A DNA stretch of 64,000 nucleotides from Acipenser ruthenus (Eukaryota): contig NC_081214.1 in assembly GCF_902713425.1 (NCBI RefSeq), forward strand, positions 10,944,641-11,008,640. Reading direction: 5' to 3'. Under the pieces are notes generated by a model, which was given only the letters and a program-made list of their open reading frames with translations, was not told the origin of the DNA and made no database searches. The translations under genes and the position numbers were made by a program. Position 1 is the first letter of the stretch. The number at the start of each line of letters is the position of its first letter. Shown here one piece after another: positions 51,601 through 63,686 of this stretch.

Positions 51601-54600
51601 TTCTGTAACATGACCATAGCCACGACTCAGCGACATGACCTTAGGGACGATTCAATAACTTGACATGGTTGAGCAAAATGACCTTAGCCACGATTGAGTA
51701 ACATGATCATAGCCACGATTTAATAACATACCATAGCTACGATTTAGTAAAATGACCATAGCCACGATTCACTGACATGACCATAGCCACGGTTGAGTAA
51801 CATGACCATAGCCATGATTAAATAACATGACCATAGTAACGATTCAGTAACATGACCATAGCCACTTTTGACTAGCATGACCATAGCTACGATTGAGCAA
51901 TATGACCATAGCCACGATTGAGCAACATGACCATAGCCAAGGTTGAGTAACATGACAACAGCGATTGAGTAAAATGAAAATAGCCACGACTGATCAACAT
52001 GACCTTAGCCACGGTTCAGTAACATGACCATATCCACGATTGAGTAAGATGACCATAGCCACGATTCAGTAACATGACCATAGCCACGATTCACTGACAT
52101 GACCATAGCCGTGATTCAGTAACATGACCATAGCCAAGATTGAGTATCATGACCATAGACACGGTTCAGCAACATGACCATAGCCACGATTCAATAACAT
52201 GACCATAGCCGCGATTCAGTAACATGGCCATAGCTACGATTTAGTAACATGACCATATCCAAGGTTGAGCAACATCCACCATAGCCTCCATTGAGTAACA
52301 TGACCATAGCCACGACTGAGTAAGATGACCATAGCCACGTTTGAGAAATATGACCATAACCACGATTTAATAACATGCCATAGCTATGATTCAGTAAAAT
52401 GACCATAACAACGATTCACTGATATGACCATAGCCACGGTTGAGTAACATGACCATAGCCATGATTAAATAACATGACCATAGCCACGATTCAGTAACAT
52501 GACCATATTCACGATTGAGGTACATGACCTTAGCTACGATTCAGTAAAATGACCATAGCCACGTTTGAGTAACATGACCATAGCCACGATTCAATAACAT
52601 GCCATAGCTACGATTCAGTAAAATGACCATATCCACGATTCACTGAAATGACCATAGCCACGTTTGAGTAACATGACCATAGCCATGATTAAATGACATG
52701 ACCATAGCCACGATTCACTGACATGACCATAGCCACGATTGAGCAACATGACCATAGCCACGATTCAATAACATGCCATAGCTACGATTCAGTAAAATGA
52801 CCATATCCACGATTCACTGAAATGACCATAGCCACGTTTGAGTAACATGACCATAGCCATGATTAAATAACATGACCATAGCCACGATTCACTGACATGA
52901 CCATAGCCACGATTGAGCAACATGACCATAGCCTCGATTCAGTAATATGACCATAGCCACGATTAAGTAACATGACCATAGCCATGGTTGAGCAACATGA
53001 CCATAGCCACAAATGAGTAAAATGGCCATAGCCACGACTGAGCAACATGACCATAGCCACGATGGAGTAACATGACCATAGCCACAATTGAGTAACGACC
53101 ATAGCAACGATTGAGCAACATGACCATAGCCAGGGTTGAGCAACATGACCATAGCCACAAATGAGTAAAATGGCCATAGCCACAACTGAGCAACATGACC
53201 ATAGCCACGGTTGAGCAACATGACCATAGCCACGATGGAGTAACATGACCATAGCCACGATTGAACAACATGACCATATCCACGATTCTGTAACATGACC
53301 ATGGCCACGACTAAGCGACATGACCTTACGCACGATTCAATAACTTGACCATAGCCACGGTTGAGCAAAATGACCATAGCCACGATTCACTGACATGACC
53401 ATAGCCACGGTTGAGTACCATGACCATATCCATGATTAAATAACATGACCATAGTCACGATTCAGTAACATGACCATAGTCACGATTGAGGTACATGACC
53501 ATAGCCACGATTCAGTAACATGACGATAGCCTCAATTCAGCGACATGGCCATAGCAACGATTCACCGACATGACCATAGCTCAATTCAGCGAGATGGCCA
53601 CAGCAACGATTCAGTAACATGACCATAGCCACGACTGAGTAACATGACCGTAGCCACTTTTGACTAGCATGACCATAGCTACGATTGAGCAATATGACCA
53701 TAGCCACGACTCAATAACATGACCATAGCCACGATTCAGTAACATGACCATAGCCACAATTCAGTAACATGACCATAGCCACGATTCACTGATATGACCA
53801 TAGCCACGATTGAGTAAAATGAAAATAGCCACGATTGAGCAACATGACCATAGCCACAATTGAGCAACATGACCATAGGAATGATTCAGTAACGTGACCA
53901 TAGCCACGATTCAGTAACATGAACTTAGCCACGGTTGAGTAACATGACCATAGCCAGGTTTCAGTAAAATGACCATAGCCACGATTCAGTAACATGAAAA
54001 TAGCCACGATTGAGCAACATGACCATAGCCACAATTCAATGACATGACCATAGCCGTGATTCAGTAACATGACCATAGCCGCGATTCAGTAACATGACCA
54101 TAGCTACGATTTAGTAACATGACCATATACAAGGTTGAGCAACATCCACCATAGCCTCCATTGAGTAACATGACCATAGCCACGATTGAGTAAGATGACC
54201 ATAGCCACGTTTGAGAAATATGACCATAACCACGATTTAATAACATGCCATAGCTATGATTCAGTAAAATGACCATAACAACGATTCACTGATATGACCA
54301 TAGCCACGGTTGAGTAACATGACCATAGCCATGATTAAATAACATGACCATAGCCACGATTCAGTAACATGACCATATTCACGATTGAGGTACATGACCT
54401 TAGCTACGATTCAGTAAAATGACCATAGCCACATTTGAGTAACATGACCATAGCCACGATTCAATAACATGCCATAGCTACGATTCAGTAAAATGACCAT
54501 ATCCACGATTCACTGAAATGACCATAGCCACGTTTGAGTAACATGACCATAGCCATGATTAAATAACATGACCATAGCCACGATTCACTGACATGACCAT

Positions 54601-56385
54601 AGCCACGATTGAGCAACATGACCATAGCCTCGATTCAGTAATATGACCATAGCCACGATTAAGTAACATGACCATAGCCATGGTTGAGCAACATGACCAT
54701 AGCCACAAATGAGTAAAATGGCCATAGCCACGACTGAGCAACATGACCATAGCCACGATGGAGTAACATGACCATAGCCACAATTGAGTAACGACCATAG
54801 CAACGATTGAGCAACATGACCATAGCCAGGGTTGAGCAACATGACCATAGCCACAAATGAGTAAAATGGCCATAGCCACAACTGAGCAACATGACCATAG
54901 CCACGGTTGAGCAACATGACCATAGCCACGATGGAGTAACATGACCATAGCCACGATTGAACAACATGACCATATCCACGATTCTGTAACATGACCATGG
55001 CCACGACTCAGCGACATGACCTTAGGCACGATTCAATAACTTGACCATAGCCACGGTTGAGCAAAATGACCATAGCCACGATTCACTGACATGACCATAG
55101 CCACGGTTGAGTACCATGACCATAGCCATGATTAAATAACATGAATAATCACGATTCAGTAACATGACCATAGCCAAGATTCAGTAACATGACCATAGCC
55201 TCAATTCAGCGACATGGCCATAGCAACGATTCACCGACATGACCATAGCTCAATTCAGCGAGATGGCCACAGCAACAATTCAGTAACATGACCATAGCCA
55301 CGACTGAGTAACATGACCGTAGCCACTTTTGACTAGCATGACCATAGCTACGATTGAGCAATATGACCATAGCCACGACTCAATAACATGACCATAGCCA
55401 CGATTCAGTAACATGACCATAGCCACGATTCACTGATATGACCATAGCCACGATTGAGTAAAATGAAAATAGCCACGATTGAGCAACATGACCATAGCCA
55501 CAATTGAGCAACATGACCATAGGAATGATTCAGTAACGTGACCATAGCCACGATTCAGTAACATGAACTTAGCCACGGTTGAGTAACATGACCATAGCCA
55601 GGTTTCAGTAAAATGACCATAGCCACGATTCAGTAACATGAAAATAGCCACGATTGAGCAACATGACCATAGCCACAATTCAATGACATGACCATAGCCG
55701 TGATTCAGTAACATGATCATAGCCGCGATTCAGTAACATGACCGTAGCCATGAATGAGTAACATGACCATAGCCACGGTTTAGAAACATGACTATAGCCA
55801 CGATGGAGCAACATGACCATAGCCTCGATTCAGTAACATGACCATAGCCACGATTAAGTAACATGACCATAGCCATGGTTGAGCAACATGACCATAGCCA
55901 CGATTAAGTAACATGACCATAGCCACGATTGAGCAACATGACCATAGCAACGATTGAGCAACATGACCATAGCAAAGATTGAGCAACATGACCATAGCCA
56001 CGGTTGAGCAATATGACCATAGCCACGATTGAGGACCATGACCATAGCTGCGATTGAGTAATATGACCATAGCCACGGTTGAATAACATGACTATAACCA
56101 GGTTTAAGTAACATGACCTTAGAATCGATTCAGTAACATGAACATTGCCACGGTTGAGTAACATGACCATAACCAGGTTTAAGTAACATGACCATAGCTA
56201 CGGTTCAGCAACATGACAATAGCCACGATTGAGCAACATGACCATAGCCACGATTGAGTAACATGACCATAGCCACGATTGAGTAACATGACCATAGCCA
56301 TGATTCAGTAACATGACCATAGTCATGATTGAGGACCATGACCATAGCTGCGATTGAGTAATATGACCATAGCCACAGCTGAATA
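42695..56385. repeat. 25-bp tandem satellite, block C, with variable higher-order repeats of about 1.7-2.1 kb
   Basis: Same monomer and orientation. Identical ORF-track translations recur at +2108 (47263 and 49371; 48350 and 50458), +1733, +1870 and +1696. Confidence 0.95.
44017..44253 (+). mobile_element. tRNA-derived CORE/MIR-like SINE inserted in the satellite
   Basis: The tRNA-like head is gtggactagtggttagggc...gggttcaatcccc (A and B boxes). The central CORE-like segment is cccttgagcaaggtactttacct...ctgtataaatgggtaatt. The LINE-type tail is ttgtaagtcgccctggataagggcgtctgctaa followed by (AAAT)n. It is flanked by an ATAACC target-site duplication at 44011-44016 and 44254-44259. Confidence 0.8.
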
Positions 56386-56420
56386 ACATAAGAACATAAG
56401 AACATAAGAACATAAGAAAG
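56386..56420 (-). repeat. Octamer microsatellite tail (TTCTTATG)n at the LINE 3' end
   Basis: The plus strand reads ataagaacataagaacataagaacataagaaag. This style of 3' end is characteristic of CR1-type LINEs. Confidence 0.8.
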
Positions 56421-56467
56421 TTTACAACCGAGAGGAGGCCATTCAGCCCATCTTGCTCGTTTGGTTG

Positions 56468-58021
56468 TTAGTAGCTTATTGATCCCAGAATCTCATCAAG
56501 CAGCTTCTTGAAGGATCCAAGGGTGTCAGATTCAACAAGATTACTGGGGAGTTGATTCCAGACCCTCACAATTCTCTGTGTAAAACAGTGCCTCCTATTT
56601 TCTGTTCTGAATGCCCCTTTATCTAATCTCCATTTATGACCCCTGGTCCTTTTTTCTTTTTTCAAGTCAAAGAAGTCCCCCGGGTTGACATTGTCTATAC
56701 CTTTTACGATTTTGAATGTTTGAATCAGATCGCCGCGTAGTCTTCTTTGTTCAAGACTGAATAGATTCAATTCTTTTAGCCTGTCTGCATACGACATGCC
56801 TTTTAAACCTGGGATAATTCTGGTTGCTCTTCTTTGCACTCTTTCTAGAGCAGCAATATCCTTTTTGTAATGAGGTGACCAGAACTGAACACAATATTCT
56901 AGGTGAGGTCTTACTAATGCATTGTAGAGTTTTAACATTACTTCCCTTGATTTAAAGTCAACACTTCTCACAATATATCCAAGCATCTTGTTGGCCTTTT
57001 TTATAGCTTCCCCACATTGTCTAGATGAAGACATTTCTGAGTCAACATAAACTCCTAGGTCTTTTTCATAGTTCCCTTCTTCAATTTCACTATCTCCGAT
57101 ATGATATTTATAATGCACATTTTTATTGTCCGCATGCAATACTTTACACTTTTCTCTATTAAATTTCATTTGCCATGTGTCTGCCCAATTTTGAATGCTG
57201 TCTAGATCATTTTGAATGACCTTTGCTGCTTCAACAGTGTCTGCCACTCCTCCTATTTTTGTGTCGTCTGCAAATTTAACGAGTTTGCTTACTATATCAG
57301 AGTCTAAATCATTAATGTAGATTAGGAATAGCAGAGGACCTAATACTGATCCCTGTGGTACACCACTGGTTACCTCACTCCATTTCGAGGTTTCTCCTCT
57401 AATCAGTACTTTCTGTTTTCTACCTGTTAACCACTCCCTAATCCATGTGCATGCATTTCCTTGAATCCCTACTGCGTTCAGTTTGAGAATTAATCTTTTA
57501 TGCGGGACTTTGTCAAAAGCTTTCTGGAAATCTAAATAAACCATGTCGTATGCTTTGCAGTTATCCATTTTCAATGTTGCATCCTCAAAAAAGTCAAGTA
57601 GGTTAGTTAGACATGATCTCCCTTTCCTAAAACCATGCTGGCTGTCTCCCAGGATATTGTTACCATATAAGTAATTTTCCATTTTGGATCTTATTATAGT
57701 TTCCATAAGTTTACATATAATAGAAGTCAGGCTTATTGGTCTGTAGTTACCTGGTTCGGTTTTGTCTCCCTTTTTGTGGATTGGTATTACATTTGCTATT
57801 TTCCAGTCTGTTGGTACAACCCCTGTGTCAAGAGACTGTTGCATGATCTTGGTTAGCGGTTTGTAAATAACTTCTTTCATTTCTTTGAGTACTATTGGGA
57901 GGATCTCATCCGGCCCAGGGGATTTGTTTATTTTAAGAGCTCCTAGTCCCTTTAACACTTCTGCCTCTGTTATGCTAAAGTTATTTAAAACTGGATAGGA
58001 ACAGGTCGACATGTCAGGCAT
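56468..58021 (-). CDS. LINE ORF2 reverse-transcriptase domain (517 aa)
   Basis: RT motifs are present: NYRPISLTS, QHGFRKGRSC, PQGSVLGPLLFLIYINDL, and FADDTKI (the F/YXDD box). Confidence 0.85.
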   Translation of the reverse strand: MPDMSTCSYPVLNNFSITEAEVLKGLGALKINKSPGPDEILPIVLKEMKEVIYKPLTKIMQQSLDTGVVPTDWKIANVIPIHKKGDKTEPGNYRPISLTSIICKLMETIIRSKMENYLYGNNILGDSQHGFRKGRSCLTNLLDFFEDATLKMDNCKAYDMVYLDFQKAFDKVPHKRLILKLNAVGIQGNACTWIREWLTGRKQKVLIRGETSKWSEVTSGVPQGSVLGPLLFLIYINDLDSDIVSKLVKFADDTKIGGVADTVEAAKVIQNDLDSIQNWADTWQMKFNREKCKVLHADNKNVHYKYHIGDSEIEEGNYEKDLGVYVDSEMSSSRQCGEAIKKANKMLGYIVRSVDFKSREVMLKLYNALVRPHLEYCVQFWSPHYKKDIAALERVQRRATRIIPGLKGMSYADRLKELNLFSLEQRRLRGDLIQTFKIVKGIDNVNPGDFFDLKKEKRTRGHKWRLDKGAFRTENRRHCFTQRIVRVWNQLPSNLVESDTLGSFKKLLDEILGSISY

Positions 58022-58214
58022 GTTGTCCGTGTCCTCCTTTGTAAAAACCTGTGAAAAGTAATCATTTAATATATTTGCTATTTTTTTTTCTTCATCTATG
58101 ATTTTGCCATTTGTGTCTCTTAGACATTTAACCTCCTCTTTGAATGTTCTCTTGCTGTTATAATATTGGAAAATATTTTCGAATTGGTTTTAGCCCCCTT
58201 AGCAATATTGATTT

Positions 58215-58628
58215 CTATCTCTCTCTCTTGGCCTTTCTAACTTCCTTTTTTACTTGTGTTTGCAGTTCCAAGTACTCTTTCTGTGTGCTTTGTTTTTGGT
58301 CCCTTTTAAACGCTCTGTAAAGTGCCTTTTTTCGCTGAATATTTTTTTTAATTGATCTATTAAACCATTTTGGCCATTTTGTTTTAGATTTAGATTTGTC
58401 TACTTTTGGGATGTAATTGTTTTGTGCCTCTAGTACTACATTTTTAAAAAACAGCCACCCTTTTTCTGTGGATGTTTTCTCTATTTTACTCCAATCTACT
58501 TCTGTTAGTCTCTGTTTCATACCTTCGTAGTTTGCTTTTCTAAAATTGTAAACCTTAGCTTTAGTCATTACTTTTGGGGTTTTAAAAAATATTTCAAATG
58601 AGACCATGTTGTGGTCTGAGTTTGCCAA
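58215..58628 (-). pseudogene. LINE ORF2 EN-RT linker segment in a shifted frame
   Basis: It overlaps the EN ORF in a different frame; SDHNMV marks the C-terminus of the endonuclease. The frameshift suggests a pseudogene. Confidence 0.6.
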
Positions 58629-59290
58629 TGGCTCCTGACCTCTGTTTTAGTTATTCTGTCTTCATTATTTGAAAAGACTAAGTCAAGGCATGCCTCCCCT
58701 CTAGTCGGTGCCTTGACAAATTCCGTTAGGAAGCAGTCATTTGTCATTTCCACCATTTCAATTTCGTCCGTCGTGCCCCCCATCGGGTTTTCCCATTTTA
58801 TACAGGGGAAGTTGAAATCCCCCATTAGTATGGCTTCTCCTTTTCTACACGCATTTCGAATGTCATTGTATAACAGATTATTTTGCTCAGCGTCTGAATT
58901 TGGCGGTCTATAGCATGCTCCTATTATTATGCCCTTTGAATTTGTGTCCATTATTCTGACCCATATTGATTCTGCATTGTTTTCTTTGTCCTGATTTAAC
59001 ACCTGGGCTTCAAGGCTATTTCTTATGTATAGCGCTACCCCTCCACCTCTTCTGTCCTGCCTGTCTTTCCTATACAGTGTGTACCCACTAATATTATATT
59101 CGTCTCCATCACTCTCAGACAACCAAGTTTCTGTAACACCTATCACATCGTAGTTGCTTGTTAGTGCAGTAGCTTCAAGTTCTAACATTTTGTTTCTGAG
59201 ACTTCTAGCATTAAGATTAATACATTTAATAGTGGTCTTACCTGAGTTGTTGCCCTTGTTTTTATGTGGTCTCCCTTCTGTTTTTTTGTT
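58568..59290 (-). CDS. LINE ORF2 AP-endonuclease (EEP) domain
   Basis: ...TIKCINLNARSLRNKMLELEA...VIGVTETWL...GDFNFP... The frame stays open up to the 5' truncation point at about 59290. Confidence 0.75.
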   Translation of the reverse strand, partial: NKKTEGRPHKNKGNNSGKTTIKCINLNARSLRNKMLELEATALTSNYDVIGVTETWLSESDGDEYNISGYTLYRKDRQDRRGGGVALYIRNSLEAQVLNQDKENNAESIWVRIMDTNSKGIIIGACYRPPNSDAEQNNLLYNDIRNACRKGEAILMGDFNFPCIKWENPMGGTTDEIEMVEMTNDCFLTEFVKAPTRGEACLDLVFSNNEDRITKTEVRSHWQTQTTTWSHLKYFLKPQK

Positions 59291-61295
59291 TTCTCATGAC
59301 CATAACCAGGTTTAAGTAACATGACCATAGAATCGATTCAGTAACATGAACATTGCCACGGTTGAGTAACATGACCATAACCAGGTTTAAGTAACATGAC
59401 CATAGCTACGGTTCAGCAACATGACAATAGCCACGATTGAGCAACATGACCACAGCCACGATTGAGTAACATGACCATAGCCACGATTGAGCAACATGTC
59501 CATAGCTACGATTGAGGACCATGACCATAGCAGCAATTCAGTAACATACCATAGTCACGACTGAGTAACATGACCATAGCCACGATTCAGTAACATGACC
59601 ATAGCCACGATTCACTGATATGACCATAGCCACGATTGAGTAAAATGAAAATAGCCACGATTGAGCAACATGACCATAGCCACGATTGAGCAACATGACC
59701 ATAGCAATGATTCAGTAACGTGACCATAGCCACGATTCAGTAACATGAACTTAGCCACGGTTGAGTAACATGACCATAACAAGGTTTCAGTAAAATGACC
59801 ATAGCCACGATTCAGTAACATGAAAATAGCCACGATTGAGCAACATGACCATAGCCACAATTCAATGACATGACCATAGCCTTGATTCAGTAACATGATC
59901 ATAGCCGCGATTCAGTAACATGACCATAGCCATGAATGATTAACATGACCATAGCCACGGTTCAGAAACATGACTATAGCCTCGATTCAGTAACATGACC
60001 ATAGCCACGATTAAGTAACATGACCATAGCCATGGTTGAGCAACATAACCATAGCCATGATTGAGTAATGACCATAGCAACGATTGAGCAACTTGACTAT
60101 AGCCAGGGTTGAGCAACATGACCATAGCCACGATTGAGTAACATGACCAAAGCCACGATTGAGCAACATGACCATAGCTACGATTGAGGACCATGACCAT
60201 AGCTGCGATTGAGTAATATGACCATAGCCACGGTTGAATAACATGACCATAACCAGGTTTAAGTAACATGACCATAGAATCGATTCAGTAACATGAACAT
60301 TGCCACGGTTGAGTAACATGACCATAACCAGGTTTAAGTAACATGACCATAGCCACGGTTCAGCAACATGACAATAGCCACGATTGAGCAACATGACCAT
60401 AGCCACGATTGAGTAACATGACCATAGCCACGATTGAGCAACATGTCCATAGCTACGATTGAGGACCATGACCATAGCAGCGATTCAGTAACATGACCAT
60501 AGTCACGACTGAGTAACATGACCATAGCCACGATTCAGTAACATGACCATAGCCATGATTGAGTAACATGACCATAGCCACGGTTCAGCAACATGACCAT
60601 AGCCACGATTGAGCAACATGACCATAGCCATGGTTGAGCAACATGACCATAGCTACAATTGAGTAACATGACCTTAGCCACCATTCAGTAACATGACCAT
60701 AGCCACGGTTGAGCAACATGACCATAGCCACGATTGAGTAACATGACCATAGCCACGGTTGAGTAACATGACCATAGCCACGATTCAATAACTTATCATA
60801 GCTACAATTCAGTAACATGACCATAGCTACGATTCACTGACATGACCATAGCCATGGTTGAGTAACATGACCATAGCTGCGATTCAATAACATGACCATA
60901 GCCACGATTCAGTAACATAACCATAGCCACATTTCACTGACATGAGCATAGCCACGATTCAGTAACATTACCTTAGCCACGGTTGAGTAACATGACCATA
61001 GCCACGTTTCATTGACATGACCATAGCCACGATTCAGTAACATGACCATAGCCACGGTTGAGTAACATGACCATAGCCACGTTTCATTGACATGACCATA
61101 GCCACGATTCAGTAACATTACCTTAGCCACGATTCAGTAACATGACCATAGCCACAATTCATTGATATGACCATTGCCACGATTCAGTAACATGACCATA
61201 GCCACGATTCATTGACATGACCAATAGCCGCGATTAAGTAACATGACCATATTCACGATTCATTGACATGACCATAGCCACGATTCAGTAACATC
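59291..61295. repeat. 25-bp tandem satellite, block D
   Basis: Same monomer and orientation. Confidence 0.95.
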
Positions 61296-61343
61296 CATTG
61301 GGAAACACATGCTCCTGGACATTATAACCTTTGAGGCTGGCTT

Positions 61344-62608
61344 AAGAACATAAGAACATAAGAAAATTTACAAACGAGAGGAGGCCATTCAGCCCATCTT
61401 GCTCGTATGGTTGTTAGTCGCTTATTGATCCCAGAATCTCATCAAGCAGCTTCTTGAAGGATCCTATGGTGTCAGCTTCAACAACATTACTGGGGAGTTG
61501 GTTCCAGACCCTCACAATTCTCTGTCTAAAAAGGTGCCTCCTATTTTCTGTTCTGAATGCCCCTTTATGTAATCTCCATTTGTGACCCCTGGTCCTTGTT
61601 TCTTTTTTCAGGTCAAAGTCCCCTGGGTTGACATTGTCTATACCTTTTACGATTTTGAATGTTTGAATCAGATCGCCGCGTAGTCTTCTTTGTTCAAGAC
61701 TGAATAGATTCAATTATTTTAGCTTGTCTGCATATGACATGCCTTTTAAACCCGGGATAATTCTGGATGCTGTTCTTTGCACTCTTTCTAGAGCAGCAAT
61801 ATCCTTTTTGTAACAAGGTGACCAGAACTGAACACAATATTCTAGCTGAGGTCTTACTAATGCATTGTAGAGTTTTAACATTACTTCCCTTGATTTAAAT
61901 TCAACACTTCTCACAATATATCCAAGCATCTTGTTAGCCTTTTTTATAGCTTCCCCACATTGTCTAGATGAAGACATTTCTGAGTCAACATAAACTCCTA
62001 GGTCTTTTTCATATTTCCCTTCTTCAATTTCACTATCTCCCATATGATATTTATAATGCACATTTTTAATGCCTGCATGCAATACTTTACACTTTTCTCT
62101 ATTAAATTTCATTTGCCATGTGTCTGCCCAATTCTGAATGCTGTCTAGATCATTTTGAATGACCTTTGCTGCTTCAACAGTGTTTGCCAGTCCTCCTATT
62201 TTTGTGTCGTCTGCAAATTTAACGAGTTTACTTACTATTCCAGAATCTAAATCATTAATGTAGATTAGGAATAGCAGAGGACCTAAAACTGATCCCTGTG
62301 GTACTCCACTGGTTACCTCACTCCATTTTGAGGTTTCTCTTCTAATCAGTACTTTCTGTTTTCTACCTGTTAACCACTCCCTAATCCATGTGCATTCATT
62401 TCCTTGAATCCCTACTGCGTTCAGTTTGAGAATTAATCTTTTATGCGGGACTTTGTCAAAAGCTTTCTGGAAATCTAAATAGACCATGTCGTATGCTTTG
62501 CAGTTATCCATTTTCAATGTTGCATCCTCAAAAAAGTGAAGCAGGTTAGTTAGACACAATCTCCCTTTCCTAAAACCATGCTGACTGTCTCCCAGGATAT
62601 TGTTAAGA
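61344..62608 (-). mobile_element. Second, more truncated copy of the same CR1-like LINE (RT C-terminal half plus 3' UTR)
   Basis: About 90% amino-acid identity to copy 1 over ...FADDTKIGG...LNLFSLEQRRLRGDLIQTFKI... It has the same (CATAAGAA)n tail. Homology to copy 1 ends at about 62608. Confidence 0.85.
61414..62608 (-). pseudogene. Truncated LINE RT ORF fragments (99 aa plus the C-terminal 300 aa of the 384-aa track ORF)
   Basis: The two frames meet at 61713/61714. The N-terminal 85 aa of the 384-aa ORF (62609-62868) are non-LINE readthrough. Confidence 0.7.
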
Positions 62609-63519
62609 TATAGTATGTGGCAAAATGGTAAGTGGTAACAGGTGTATAGCAGATGCAGTGCGGATACAGTAATTCCAAGAACACACAGACAACAAAGTAC
62701 GGGTGAAAATGATTGTTTTAATGGTTTATAATCCAATGGTCTGATGACCCACCAGTAAATAATAAAGAGCTGGCAATACACAACAATGTGTATTGCACAG
62801 TAATAAAACGAAGGGTTGCAGTCCCGCAAATAATAGACACGGTACAACTCGCACACAATTAGACACACACGATCACTGTTCCAAAGTGAGTGCTCTCAGT
62901 CCTTGTGGTGAAGTAAAATATAATACGTGCTATTAGTGAAACAAGTGCTGATAACAATGTTTATTCGTGACAGTAGTGCAGTGGTGATCCGGTTTTGTGC
63001 TGGCCCTTGGCGACAGCTCCGGATCTGTGTTTAGCCGTCTAGTGATAACAAACACAGACAATTACTAAACAGACAAACAAACAAACAAAACACTCACAAA
63101 CTCCTTTCGTTATTTATTTTGGGCAATCTCCCGGTCCTTCCAGTTTCCTTGTAACAAAAACCCAAGCGAAGGAAAAGATTTACAATTCTCCTGCCCCTTT
63201 TATGTGATCATCCATGACCCCTTGGTAAACGATTACAGCTGACTCTATTGCCTGCAGCTGCTACCTCGTTTACCTTCCAGGTCAATACATTCTCGCACTG
63301 GAGTCTCGTCTTTTTCCAGGCTGATTGACTTCCCGACCCAGGGAATGAACTGTCAGGACAACCTTTCCAAAGCCTTTCCCTTTCACTACTTCGTATCCTC
63401 ACAGGCTGAGAGGGAGATTTACAACCAGAACTCATTATATTTCCGTCACATATCCCACCGCTCAGAGTGGAGCCGAAGAAACACTCGGCTGAATCTATCT
63501 TTCCCATTACTCCCCCCTC

Positions 63520-63686
63520 CCGGGAAAAATAATCTGCATTTAGATGGTCTTTCCCTGCACGGTGTACCATATGGTACATGAAGGGCTGCAAGGCCAGATA
63601 CCACCGAGTTATCCGGGCATTGCTGTCCTTCATTGTACTTAACCACTTGAGTGGGGTGTGGTCTGTGACAAGATCAAATGAGTGTC
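63520..63686 (-). pseudogene. Relic of LTR-retrotransposon pol: C-terminal part of a Ty3/gypsy-like RNase H
   Basis: The translation is HSFDLVTDHTPLKWLSTMKDSNARITRWYLALQPFMYHMVHRAGKDHLNADYFSR. This matches the gypsy RNase H signature TDHxxLxxL...RW...L..F.....H..GK.N..ADxLSR. No recognisable integrase follows. Confidence 0.6.

Larger units (their letters stand above)
56386..59290 (-). mobile_element. CR1-like (CR1/L2 clade) non-LTR retrotransposon, 5'-truncated; ORF2 nearly complete but frameshifted
   Basis: It has an endonuclease domain, a linker and a reverse-transcriptase domain. The C-terminus reads ...LERVQRRATRIIPGLKGMSYADRLKELNLFSLEQRRLRGDLIQTFKI, which is CR1-like. The 3' tail is (TTCTTATG)n octamers. 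Satellite flanks both ends. Confidence 0.9.

Noticed and set aside
1-61295. The short direct repeats of 25 and 72 bp as possible CRISPR arrays or a prokaryotic defence locus
   Set aside because: The repeats are contiguous, with no unique spacers between them. The context is eukaryotic: LINE RT with CR1 tail, tRNA-derived SINE, LTRs with TATA and AATAAA. There are no cas-like ORFs.
62609-63519. The unique 0.9-kb segment and the 141-aa minus ORF tail beyond the RNase H motif, considered as integrase or a host gene
   Set aside because: There is no HHCC or DDE integrase signature and no other recognisable motif. It is probably a degenerate TE remnant and not callable from sequence alone.
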